Source of the DNA: Candidatus Thorarchaeota archaeon
GTDB lineage: Archaea > Asgardarchaeota > Thorarchaeia > Thorarchaeales > Thorarchaeaceae
DNA length: 32,000 nt
Reading direction: 5' to 3'
NCBI GenBank assembly: GCA_008080745.1
Contig: SHMX01000010.1
Coordinates: 1-32,000 of the forward strand
Each line of letters opens with the position of its first letter. The first letter of the stretch is position 1. The notes under the pieces are model-generated. The model searched no databases, was not told the DNA's origin, and worked only from the letters and a program-made list of their open reading frames with translations. The position numbers were made by a program, and so were the translations under genes. Positions 16,500-26,193 of the stretch are shown here, in pieces.

Positions 16500-19400
16500 T
16501 CACTCTCGAAGCATCTCTTCCACTTGATCTAGGAAGCTCTTCTCTCTCCACCATCGCAGATCACGAGCTCCGGTTGGACAAATGGCAGCACATGCACCAC
16601 ATCCTTCACATCGCATTTCGTCAGTTACACTTTTCTTAACACCTGGAGATACTTCCACCATTGAAACCGCATCATAGGGACATATCTCTGAGTAATGACA
16701 AAGGTCACATCCTACACAAAGTTCTTGGTCCACATCTGCAACCAGAAGCTCAATCTCAACCGTACCCAGATTAAGAGGAATTGTTGCTTCACTTGCAGCT
16801 CCTCTCCCTTGGGCTACAGAATCTGCAACATTCTTAGCATAGGTTGTACCAGTAAACACACCGGGAACTGTGGTTTCAACTGGTCGGAATTTCATGTGCA
16901 TTTCACGAAGGAATCCATCCTGACCAACAGTTATTCCCAATGCTTTAGTTAGTTCTCCAACGTCTTTTGGTGCTTCCAGACCCAAAGCCAGAACAACCAT
17001 GTCTGATTTTATCTTGAACTCCTGCTGAGATAGGGTGTCATAAATCGTGACGATAGATCCATCTCCATCTGGATCCTTCTCAACTGTGACTGGTCGTTCT
17101 CTAATCCACCTTAGATAAGAAATGCCGTTTTGACGGTTTTCTCGCCACAATTCCTCCATATTCATTGCAAAAGGTCGTATGTGTTCCTTATATGCCGAGA
17201 ATATCTTGATATCTGGGAACATTTCATTCAATTCGTGTTGCATAGTAATTATAGCTGAACAGCATACCCTTGAACAGTATTTATGCCCCTCACCTGGGTT
17301 CTGTCTTGATCCAACACAATGAATAAAGACTGGATTCTTAGGAGCCTTTTTTAGCTCTCCATTTCTCAACATTCGCTCCAAATCTAAGCTGGATATGACC
17401 CCTGGAGCTTCTCCCCAACCATACTCGCCTTGTTTGGGATCGTATGTATCAGATCCTATAGTGATGGTAATGGATCCAATATCATAAACTGTTTTCTCCT
17501 CTGTTTCTTGATTGGTCACCGTAATCTGATAGTTTCCATATGCACCATCACGATTGGTTACTTTGCTACTGAGAAGAACCTCTATGCGTTTTTCTTTCTC
17601 AACACGTTCAATAAGATCGGAAATAATGTCCTCCGCTGATTCCATCTTTGGAAAGATTCTGTGCAGGTCATTGAGTCTTCCACCTAGTTTGTTTTCCTTC
17701 TCAACCAGAATCACATCAAAGCCCTTCTTTGCAATATCAAGTGCCGCGGTCATTCCTGCGACACCACCTCCAATAACCATCGAAGTTCTTACAACCTCGA
17801 CTTGTTTTAGAGGTATATCTTCATTATTCACTGCTTTTGCGACAGCGCTTCTAATCAGGTCTTGGGCTTTTTCTTGTCGTTCTTCTGGGGGTGCTTTTGC
17901 GTTAACCAATGCTAGATGTTCTCGTAACCCGACTGGTCCAACCAAGTAGTATGGTGATAATCCAGCTCTAACAAGTGCACTTCGGAAGGTGGCTTCATGT
18001 TGTAATGGTGAACAAGAACCAACAACAACCCGATTGAGCTTGTGTTCTCGAATTGCATCGGTTACTAGTTGTTGGCCCGGATCACTACACATGAAGATGT
18101 AATCTGTAGAGTAAGCTACATTGGGAATGTCTTTCGCCCATTCGGCCAGTGCAGGAGAATCAATCACGTTACCAATAATTCCTCCACAATGACAGATGAA
18201 AACACCTACACGGGGCTCATCAGTTATCTCTGCAGGGGGAATCTCTTCTTCCTCACGTTTTGGAGGTAAAGGCATTAGTGAATGAACAGCTAAAGCTGCT
18301 CCTTTTCCCTCGTTAACTGTATCTGTACCATCACGAGGCCCATGGGCACAACCTGCAACAAAGACACCGGGTCGAGTGGTTTCTAGAGATCCAGTATTGG
18401 GGTGTGCCTCTTTCACCCAACCTTGTTCTGTTAGTTCGATATTTAGTGTCTTTGCGAGTTCTTCCATCTCGGGATGTGGTCTGAAGCTTGCATTAAGTAC
18501 TACCATCGATATTTTATCTAATTCGATAATCTCACCAGTTTCGGTATTCTCCATCTTGACAAAGAGGTCATGTGTATTGGGGTCCTCTTGAATCTCTGAA
18601 ACACGGCCACGAATGAAGTCGATTCCCTGATTATGTTGGCTGTCCCAGAGGAATTCTTCCAGAGCTTTTCCTGCAGTTCTCAAGTCCATGTAGGTGTAGA
18701 TTATCTCACAATGATCTTCTGGATAATGCATCCGTGTAACTTGGGCTAGTTTCAATCCAAATGAACAACAGACCTTGTTACAGTGATGACTATATCCCTC
18801 AATATGTTCTCTCACATCTCTGCTACCTACACAATTGACAAATAGGATTCTTTCTGGTTCTTTTCCATCGGATGGACGGACCATGTGCGCATCTGTTGGG
18901 CCTGTAGGATGAGTTTGTCTATCGTATTCTAGACTTGTTACAACATTTGGATAGATACCATAACCATACTCTCCGTAATCTATTGGCTGGTACTCATCAA
19001 ATCCCGTTGCAACAATAATTCCTCCCACATCCAAATCGTATACTTTATCCTCGTCTTCATAGTTGATACAGTCTTGTGGACAAACTGCCGCACATGTTCC
19101 ACAACCTATACAGGCTTCTCTATCAATACAAGAGATTAGAGGAATCTGTTGGGGGAAATTCATGTATGCTGCTTTTCGAAGTGAAAGTCCTCTATCATAT
19201 TCATTGGGGACTTCTACTGGACACGAACTGATACAGAGCCCGCAGCCTGTACATTTATCTTCGTCAACATAGCGAGCCTTCTTACGCAGGGTGACAGAAA
19301 AATCTCCTGCTCGTCCTTTGACCTTTTCTACCTGTGTCAGAGCGTGAATTTTGATATTTGGATGCTTGCCTACAAATGAAGTAAGCGGTGTCATAACACA

Positions 19401-19604
19401 TGCTGAACATTCAAGCATCGGGAATATCTTGTAAATTGCAACATAATTCCCGCCAATATTCACGGTCTTCTCAATAAGGTGTACTTGATAGCCCCCGTTT
19501 GCTAGATCGAGGGCGGCATTAATACCTGCCATACCCGATCCGATAACAAGGACATCTGTGGGTTTAGTCGTCGACTTGCCCTTTTTTGATGAGGATTTGC
19601 CCAT
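16500..19604 (-). CDS. hdrA: Double-flavin-module HdrA (copy 2, no MvhD fusion)
   Basis: IGSGMAG and IGGGVAG FAD modules, CTGCGLCISSCP, CIGCGTCAAVCP, GVFICHCG, CVGSR..CC, C-terminal 2x[4Fe-4S]. Confidence 0.95.
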   Translation of the reverse strand: MGKSSSKKGKSTTKPTDVLVIGSGMAGINAALDLANGGYQVHLIEKTVNIGGNYVAIYKIFPMLECSACVMTPLTSFVGKHPNIKIHALTQVEKVKGRAGDFSVTLRKKARYVDEDKCTGCGLCISSCPVEVPNEYDRGLSLRKAAYMNFPQQIPLISCIDREACIGCGTCAAVCPQDCINYEDEDKVYDLDVGGIIVATGFDEYQPIDYGEYGYGIYPNVVTSLEYDRQTHPTGPTDAHMVRPSDGKEPERILFVNCVGSRDVREHIEGYSHHCNKVCCSFGLKLAQVTRMHYPEDHCEIIYTYMDLRTAGKALEEFLWDSQHNQGIDFIRGRVSEIQEDPNTHDLFVKMENTETGEIIELDKISMVVLNASFRPHPEMEELAKTLNIELTEQGWVKEAHPNTGSLETTRPGVFVAGCAHGPRDGTDTVNEGKGAALAVHSLMPLPPKREEEEIPPAEITDEPRVGVFICHCGGIIGNVIDSPALAEWAKDIPNVAYSTDYIFMCSDPGQQLVTDAIREHKLNRVVVGSCSPLQHEATFRSALVRAGLSPYYLVGPVGLREHLALVNAKAPPEERQEKAQDLIRSAVAKAVNNEDIPLKQVEVVRTSMVIGGGVAGMTAALDIAKKGFDVILVEKENKLGGRLNDLHRIFPKMESAEDIISDLIERVEKEKRIEVLLSSKVTNRDGAYGNYQITVTNQETEEKTVYDIGSITITIGSDTYDPKQGEYGWGEAPGVISSLDLERMLRNGELKKAPKNPVFIHCVGSRQNPGEGHKYCSRVCCSAIITMQHELNEMFPDIKIFSAYKEHIRPFAMNMEELWRENRQNGISYLRWIRERPVTVEKDPDGDGSIVTIYDTLSQQEFKIKSDMVVLALGLEAPKDVGELTKALGITVGQDGFLREMHMKFRPVETTVPGVFTGTTYAKNVADSVAQGRGAASEATIPLNLGTVEIELLVADVDQELCVGCDLCHYSEICPYDAVSMVEVSPGVKKSVTDEMRCEGCGACAAICPTGARDLRWWREKSFLDQVEEMLRE

Positions 19605-19679
19605 AGACTTGAGTCTCCAGTCTAGTGATACAATTTGGACAAGTTCCTACCTCGCGATATAACAGTTGTGTCATGACCT

Positions 19680-20789
19680 TTAATTATGCGCCGTCTTCTG
19701 CAATTTTTTCTCTAACTCATGAGCAATCATCAGACCATAAAGAAATGGAATGCCTCCAATACACACAAGAATAATGGCAAATACTGGTTGTGGCTCAATT
19801 CTTGAAGTTGTGTAATAAATTTTCCAACTTAGTGAAACATTGATGTCCTGATTCACTCTCTCTATAGTAATATTAGAAAAATTAGTAAGATCGGTTACAT
19901 GAAATCCCCAGTTCTGCTTTTGGCTTAAATTGTAACTAAGAATCTGATATCTATACATGTCTCCAATATTTCCTAACTGGATAATGAAAAAGGCATTTTG
20001 TATGCTAGTTGCAGTTATTCTAGTATATTTATTTGTGACTTCCGTATCGGAAATGTCTTCGATGCATAATGATAATGATGGATGTGTTGAATTTAACGTG
20101 ATATCTAATACCCTCTCTTGTGACATCTCTTGGGTATTGACAATATTTTGTCCTTGATATGTGAAAATTGCTAGTGGGGCAGATAGCAGACCTGCTATTA
20201 TAATCAGGATAGCTACCAATAATGGCCTCTCTGGTTTTCTTGCACTGCTTACAGCTTTCTTTTTCCAAGATTTATCCGCAACAATAAAGAAATGAAGACT
20301 TATTCCTCCAATTATGAAACCAAATATCCCAAGATTTGGAATTGGTGCATAATCTATCAGTATTTGCATGAGATAGTATACTCTTGCTTGGACTGAAAGT
20401 GAAGCATTAGTGGTTAATCGAGAAATTGTGACGTTCCATCTGTACGATTCATACCAAATGTCTGACTGATATTCTACTATAACGGGATTTTCAGAAATCT
20501 TTGTTACATTTGTCATATGGAAAAACGTACGGCTTTGATTGAAAGCTCGAATCTCTATTTTAGAGTTATTTGTTTCAAGATATTGAATCTCGATTTTATA
20601 CGCTCCTTCTGGCATATCAAAATTGAATTCCGTATTTGATAAATCGAGAATCAACTTTTGTTGAACATCTTTGTACTCTTCTCTCTCGAAAGTAGGAATT
20701 TGTGTCATAACAGGTGTCAGAGAAGCGAGTAACACTGCAAAGAATAACATGATTGATAGCAGTTTGAAACGAGAAGGAGGTTTCTGCAA
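19680..20789 (-). CDS. Hypothetical 4-TM membrane protein with two similar extracellular domains
   Basis: Four hydrophobic segments, many NxS/T sequons, and an internally repeated motif (see findings). Start uncertain. Confidence 0.75.
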   Translation of the reverse strand: MQKPPSRFKLLSIMLFFAVLLASLTPVMTQIPTFEREEYKDVQQKLILDLSNTEFNFDMPEGAYKIEIQYLETNNSKIEIRAFNQSRTFFHMTNVTKISENPVIVEYQSDIWYESYRWNVTISRLTTNASLSVQARVYYLMQILIDYAPIPNLGIFGFIIGGISLHFFIVADKSWKKKAVSSARKPERPLLVAILIIIAGLLSAPLAIFTYQGQNIVNTQEMSQERVLDITLNSTHPSLSLCIEDISDTEVTNKYTRITATSIQNAFFIIQLGNIGDMYRYQILSYNLSQKQNWGFHVTDLTNFSNITIERVNQDINVSLSWKIYYTTSRIEPQPVFAIILVCIGGIPFLYGLMIAHELEKKLQKTAHN

Positions 20790-20933
20790 TAATATTTTCT
20801 CCTTTTTGACGAATGAACTTCTTTTGTTTATTATGACTTAAATCTTCAGTACAAAGGTACACATCTGTCATTTTATTAGAGTTCAGATTTCGTATACTCT
20901 CGACCGCAGATTTACCACACGAGGTGTCGAAAA

Positions 20934-21965
20934 ATGAGATATGTGAAAATCTCACCAGAGAACACATACGAGTTTCTGAGTCGGCTCAAGGGTATGGGAA
21001 CACTATATGCTCCCTCAAAGATATCGGAGCAGTTCTATGACTTTCAGGAAGTTGATGATGTAAAAGATGTGGAGTTCGACTATCACCGAACAATTCGCCC
21101 TCCAAGGCGATTCTTCTACCCCGTAGAGGAAACTATGTTTACATTTGATACCCATAAGGTCGAATTAAAGGAGAAACTTCCGCGGAAAGAGCGGGTAATT
21201 CTATTTGGTGTGCATAACTGTGATATTGTAGCATTACGGATTATGGACGCAGAATTCCTCGATGAACAACCGGACCCCTATTATCAAATACGTCGCCAGA
21301 ATGGAATCATCATAGGTCTCTCTTGTATGCCTGATGAATATTGCTTCTGTAATGTACGACGAATAGAATTTGTGGATGCGGGCTTTGACCTATTCTTCCA
21401 TGAACTTCCAGACGGTTTCCTTGTTAGAGTAGGAACTGTCACTGGTCACAAACTTATTGATCCAAATATGGATCTGTTTTCTGAGGTATCAAAGAAAGAC
21501 GTTGATAACATATCCGAATTTGAACGGAAGAAGGCAGATGCATTCAAAGTCAAGGGCAACTGGGATGATTTACGATACCTTCTCGAACTAAGAATGGATC
21601 ACCCGATGTATGAACGAGAGGCTGATAAATGCCTGGGATGTGGAAACTGCACTCTTACCTGTCCGACATGCCGATGCTATGATGTGAAGGACAAGCCAAG
21701 TATTGATGGTAGAACTGGTGAACGTATACGGTTCTGGGACTCGTGCCAATTCAGGACTCATGGACTGGTTGCTGGTGGTCACAACTTTCGAGAAACAAAA
21801 CAAGACCGCTTCTACAATCGCTATCAATGTAAGAATGCTTACTGTCCCGAAACTACCACCGCATATTGTGTTGGTTGTGGTAGATGCACCTATTTCTGTC
21901 CCGCTGATATCCAATTTAGAAGCAATTTGATGGAGATTGGCGGATATCAGGAGGTGAAGAAATGA
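20934..21965 (+). CDS. hydB: Group 3b [NiFe] sulfhydrogenase beta (Fe-S) subunit
   Basis: [41 protein letters not shown]. Confidence 0.92.
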   Translation: MRYVKISPENTYEFLSRLKGMGTLYAPSKISEQFYDFQEVDDVKDVEFDYHRTIRPPRRFFYPVEETMFTFDTHKVELKEKLPRKERVILFGVHNCDIVALRIMDAEFLDEQPDPYYQIRRQNGIIIGLSCMPDEYCFCNVRRIEFVDAGFDLFFHELPDGFLVRVGTVTGHKLIDPNMDLFSEVSKKDVDNISEFERKKADAFKVKGNWDDLRYLLELRMDHPMYEREADKCLGCGNCTLTCPTCRCYDVKDKPSIDGRTGERIRFWDSCQFRTHGLVAGGHNFRETKQDRFYNRYQCKNAYCPETTTAYCVGCGRCTYFCPADIQFRSNLMEIGGYQEVKK

Positions 21966-22822
21966 GCAAAGAACAAGAACCAAGTATCTATGAAACTCAC
22001 AAGTGTAGACTACTCAGAAAATATCAGTTAACAGATCTCGAGTCCCTTTTCCTGTTTCGGTTTGAAGACCCAGGAGTTGCTCAAGATTGGAGATTTATGC
22101 CTGGTCAGTTTGTAGAAGTGTCACTTCTCGGACTTGGCGAAGTTCCTATCTCAATTTGCTCTTCAGCTAGAAGAGTGGGTTTCTTTGAATTATGTATTCG
22201 TAATGCTGGTCGGGTCACATCTGCTATTCATCAGCTCCAACCTGGCTCTCTTGTTGGAATACGTGGTCCATATGGCAATGGTTTTCCCATGGAGCAGTTT
22301 CATGGACGCGATTTACTCTGTGTAGCTGCAGGTCTGGGAATGGCACCACTTCGGTCAGTATTTCTCTATGCTCTCGATAATCGTTGGCTATTTGGAAATA
22401 TTACCATCATTAACAGTGCCAAATTCGGGAATGAACTCTTATTCCAAAAGGAACTTGAGGCAATGAAGGACATCGCCACTGCAGAAAACATCTCGATTGT
22501 TCAAACTGCAACGCGAGACCCTGATTTTGAAGGCCTCCATGGAAGAGCGACCGTACATATGGACAAGGCCAATGTGGATCCAAAGAATTGTGCTGTTGCA
22601 ATGTGTGGTCCTCCAGCTATGTATCGAGGTATGTTCGATTATCTTGTTGAGAAAGGATATGATCCAAGATACATTTTCGTAACACTAGAACGAAGAATGA
22701 AATGCGGGGTAGGTAAATGTGGACATTGTAACATTGGTACTGCAACCTCTTGGAAATATGCATGTAAGGATGGACCCGTGTTCGACTACTACGCAATTAC
22801 TAGTATTCCGGGGTTGATTTAA
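21962..22822 (+). CDS. hydG: Group 3b sulfhydrogenase gamma (FAD/NAD(P)-binding, [2Fe-2S]) subunit
   Basis: [49 protein letters not shown] overlap with hydB. Confidence 0.94.
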   Translation: MSKEQEPSIYETHKCRLLRKYQLTDLESLFLFRFEDPGVAQDWRFMPGQFVEVSLLGLGEVPISICSSARRVGFFELCIRNAGRVTSAIHQLQPGSLVGIRGPYGNGFPMEQFHGRDLLCVAAGLGMAPLRSVFLYALDNRWLFGNITIINSAKFGNELLFQKELEAMKDIATAENISIVQTATRDPDFEGLHGRATVHMDKANVDPKNCAVAMCGPPAMYRGMFDYLVEKGYDPRYIFVTLERRMKCGVGKCGHCNIGTATSWKYACKDGPVFDYYAITSIPGLI

Positions 22823-23637
22823 TGGTAACATTAGCTGAATGTCTAGGTGATTGTAAACCCAAGATTGGCGTATACGCTCTTACGTCATGTTATGGGTGTC
22901 AATTGATGCTCGCAACAGTACAAAAGATACTTGATATTGCAAAAAATGTCAGCTTCGAGAGTTTCTATATGCTCTCAAGTGAGAGTCGCATGCCAGCTGA
23001 TGTTGACATTGCATTTGTTGAAGGTTCAGTATCTACCGAGAAAGATTTGGAGGAGCTAATGGAGATCAGAAAACACTCTCGTATTGTGGTCGCTATGGGT
23101 GCCTGTGCTGTAAATGGGGGTGTCCAAAGTTGGTCTGAGGGTGAAAAGACATGTGATGAACTCCACAAAGCAGTCTATGGGGACGAGAAAATAGACATGA
23201 AACCCTTACAGGCAACTCCTATAGATAAACACGTGGAGGTCGATTACTACATTCATGGCTGTCCCCCAGAGGAAGATGAACTCATGTATTCGATTTCGAC
23301 GTTCTTGTTTGGGACTTTTCCTGAGCGTGTCGATTATCCAGTATGTGCTGAGTGCAGGCTGAAAGGCAATCCATGTATTCTCATCGAGCGTGGGGCCCCC
23401 TGTCTGGGCCCTGTCACAACTGCAGGTTGTGATGCTCGTTGCATTTCGTTTGATACTCCTTGTGTTGGTTGTCGTGGACCAGTTCCATTCGACACCGCAT
23501 GGTTCGATTCATTGGCAATGGTATTCAAGAAAAAGGGTCTTTCAAAGGACTATGTTCGTGATAGAATGCGGATTTTTGGAGCACATGAAGATAAACTCGA
23601 TGAGATGTTAGACAAAATATATGGAGGTAACGAATGA
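22822..23637 (+). CDS. hydD: Group 3b sulfhydrogenase delta (hydrogenase small) subunit
   Basis: CYGC, EGSV, GACAVNGGV, GCPP, CLGPVT.AGC.A.C..CVGCRG. TAATG overlap with hydG. Confidence 0.94.
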   Translation: MVTLAECLGDCKPKIGVYALTSCYGCQLMLATVQKILDIAKNVSFESFYMLSSESRMPADVDIAFVEGSVSTEKDLEELMEIRKHSRIVVAMGACAVNGGVQSWSEGEKTCDELHKAVYGDEKIDMKPLQATPIDKHVEVDYYIHGCPPEEDELMYSISTFLFGTFPERVDYPVCAECRLKGNPCILIERGAPCLGPVTTAGCDARCISFDTPCVGCRGPVPFDTAWFDSLAMVFKKKGLSKDYVRDRMRIFGAHEDKLDEMLDKIYGGNE

Positions 23638-24965
23638 TGGCAAAGTCAAAGAAGGCTGCAAAATCACTCAAACACCCCCTATCAATCGATCACATAGCTA
23701 GGATTGAAGGTAAGGCTGGAATCGAAGTAGAATATGATGGCTCAGAAGTCAAGGTTGTCAAGATGAATGTCTATGAAGGGCCAAGGTACTTCGAAGCAAT
23801 TACCATTGACAAACCGGTCGAAGAAGCAGTAGCTGTCTTTCCGCGTGTGTGTTCATTCTGTGCAGCAGCTCACAAAATCACTGCTGTACAAGCAGCAGAA
23901 AATGCAATTGGTCTAAAACCAACAGAACAGACCCATAAATTGCGGGAATTACTCTACATCGGAGATTTCATAGAGAGCCATGCATTGCATCTCTTTCTAC
24001 TTGCTTTGCCCGACTACCTTGGATATCCTGATGCATTTCAGATGGGCCAGGATCATAAAGATATCTTGACCGCGGGATTGCAGCTGAAAGATATTGGGGC
24101 TGACATTCAGACCACGATTGGCTCACGATACATTCACCAAGAGAATGTGCTCATTGGTGGATTTGGGAAACTTCCTACAAAGAAGAGTCTTGAAACTCTT
24201 GCTGCTAGGCTCAAGCGACTATATAATGCCTCTGAGGAAGCTCTTGAGAATCTGGTAAGCTATCGTAATTGGCCTGAGGTGGATGCCGACCGTATTCATC
24301 TTGCTCTAAAGCCCTATGACAATACATACACTATGCTTGGTGATACAGTTGTTGCCTCTGATGGTGATAAATTCAAAGCAGATGCATACAAAATACGTAT
24401 CAACGAATCTGTAGTAGGCCATTCTTTTGCAAAACATGGTAGTTACAATGACCAGTGTTTCATGACTGGAGCATTATCGAGATACACTCTCTTTGGCGAA
24501 GGCCTGAGCTCACGGGCAAAGGAACTTGCCAATATGTATGAGTCACATCTTGACCCCAATAATCCTATGTCAAACAACTTTGCACAGGCGGTAGAACTTG
24601 TGCATTTTGTCCATCGAGCTGAAGAGATTGCCAAGTCGCTGTCCACAGAGATAAAACCATACGAGAAGCGTATCAAGCCAAAAATCACAAAGGCGGGCAC
24701 TGGTGTTTCTATGTCTGAGGCACCTCGTGGTCTCTTGGCATATACTGTTGGAATAGACAAGGCGGGGAGAGTTGTTGAAAATGACATCATTACACCGACA
24801 GCCATGTTTATGCCAATCGTTGAGGCAGATTTGAAACGCATGGCATCTGCTCTCTCTGAGCAGGGCGTGTCCGACACAAAGATTATCGCACAGAAGCTTG
24901 AAACTGTGGTGCGTTCATACGATCCCTGTGTTTCTTGTAGCGTTCATGTTGCAGATATTCAATAA
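23634..24965 (+). CDS. hydA: Group 3b sulfhydrogenase alpha ([NiFe] large) subunit
   Basis: RIEGK, L1 RVCSFCAAAH, EAPRG, L2 DPCVSCSVH with a short C-terminal extension. Confidence 0.95.
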   Translation: MMAKSKKAAKSLKHPLSIDHIARIEGKAGIEVEYDGSEVKVVKMNVYEGPRYFEAITIDKPVEEAVAVFPRVCSFCAAAHKITAVQAAENAIGLKPTEQTHKLRELLYIGDFIESHALHLFLLALPDYLGYPDAFQMGQDHKDILTAGLQLKDIGADIQTTIGSRYIHQENVLIGGFGKLPTKKSLETLAARLKRLYNASEEALENLVSYRNWPEVDADRIHLALKPYDNTYTMLGDTVVASDGDKFKADAYKIRINESVVGHSFAKHGSYNDQCFMTGALSRYTLFGEGLSSRAKELANMYESHLDPNNPMSNNFAQAVELVHFVHRAEEIAKSLSTEIKPYEKRIKPKITKAGTGVSMSEAPRGLLAYTVGIDKAGRVVENDIITPTAMFMPIVEADLKRMASALSEQGVSDTKIIAQKLETVVRSYDPCVSCSVHVADIQ

Positions 24966-24974
24966 AAATAGAAT

Positions 24975-24994
24975 GAAGGGGAAGTATCCCCTTC
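24975..24994. terminator. Hairpin between convergent genes (bidirectional terminator candidate)
   Basis: GAAGGGGA-agta-TCCCCTTC, with T-rich tracts downstream on both strands. Confidence 0.55.
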
Positions 24995-25006
24995 TCATCC
25001 TCTTTT

Positions 25007-26098
25007 TCATTTCTTGTTTCTAATTCTAAGGTATAGAAATGCAAGGGCTGCTAACACAATTGATAGACCATATAGCACAATGGGGATCCAGAGAAATTCC
25101 AGCATCATGAGTTTCATGGGATCTCTTCCGAATCCAAACGGCAGTGGAAGATATAACCAAGCTAGAAATGCAAAGTACAACACCATAACAAGCCAGCGTA
25201 TCTCTCGTCTGACATCAAAGGCGTACATGTACGTAAAGACGAACATGAAAGTAAAGCCGCTGAAGAACATCGGCCACATCTCTGCACTGTTAAAGAATGC
25301 TGTATTGAAAACAGCCACAACTGCTCCATGAAATGCCACATTGTATTCCAGAAGCACAATCCATCTCTTATCTACATGTACTGTGGTGTAGGCTAATGAA
25401 ATCTGCGTGAATAGAAGAAACATGTAGAAGAAACCTGTTAGTAACTGAGGGTCGCTATCCATTGGATGAAACCAGAATGTATAGACCAGTGCCCAGGCGA
25501 ATATGTATGTGTGAGTTCTTCTAAAGAAACCAACCACTCGTGCAGTCATTGGTTTTCCTGCTTTCTTCCCTAAGAAGAATCCTCTACGTGGATTCTCGAT
25601 GATTAGAATCACTGAGAGCATAACAATAACCGAGCCTTGAGAGGTCCATATGGGAACATCCTGTGCTAATCCATCATACCATAGATGTGTCTGTACCAGG
25701 TGAAGAACAATAAAAACAACATTGATGATGATTGCCATGTAATTGTATTTTGTCAAATCCCTTGTGGGTGTAGCTCTAAATTCTTTGAGATTTTTCTGTG
25801 CCCAGTATATGGCACCCCAGATTGCAAATTGATGACTCAGATAGAATACCCACGTAACCAACATAAGTACGTCGTCACGTGCTGGTAATTGCCAATAGTA
25901 CCAGGTAGCTCCTTGGTCGGGCAAATGTGGATATACTTCGAGAAGAGGACCCAGCAGCCATATCAAAATGGTGAAACCCAGTGCAAAAATCAAACCTCCA
26001 ATCCATGCATAGAGTGCCTTTTGAGGTCCATCATGAGTTGACATGCTCTCGTCGGGTTTGTTCTCTCTTGTTTCTTGTACTTGACTGCTCTCCGACAT
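25007..26098 (-). CDS. Conserved uncharacterised polytopic membrane protein, His/Trp-rich
   Basis: About 9-10 hydrophobic segments. Motifs WYYWQLP, HLVQTHLWYDGLAQD, ENPRRG, FWFHPM. ATG 26098 follows GAGGAAAGG; the ORF track starts at 26128. Confidence 0.8.
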   Translation of the reverse strand: MSESSQVQETRENKPDESMSTHDGPQKALYAWIGGLIFALGFTILIWLLGPLLEVYPHLPDQGATWYYWQLPARDDVLMLVTWVFYLSHQFAIWGAIYWAQKNLKEFRATPTRDLTKYNYMAIIINVVFIVLHLVQTHLWYDGLAQDVPIWTSQGSVIVMLSVILIIENPRRGFFLGKKAGKPMTARVVGFFRRTHTYIFAWALVYTFWFHPMDSDPQLLTGFFYMFLLFTQISLAYTTVHVDKRWIVLLEYNVAFHGAVVAVFNTAFFNSAEMWPMFFSGFTFMFVFTYMYAFDVRREIRWLVMVLYFAFLAWLYLPLPFGFGRDPMKLMMLEFLWIPIVLYGLSIVLAALAFLYLRIRNKK

Positions 26099-26193
26099 TA
26101 TGTACCTTTCCTCAATATCAATGCACAATGAAAGGAAGTAATAAGTGGTAAGATTGGAACGAACTTAATAGTAAAGGTTACAAAGGATGAGTT

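Noticed and set aside
19635-19646. Single TTGGACAAG upstream of hdrA2
   Set aside because: No tandem partner at 10 bp and no inverted mate, so it is compatible with chance.
6908-24965. Selenoproteins (HdrA, MvhD, hydrogenase), known from Asgard archaea
   Set aside because: The usual Sec positions are Cys codons (DCSMC, ECSAC, CNWC, GDCHY, DPCVSC), and there is no in-frame TGA in these ORFs.
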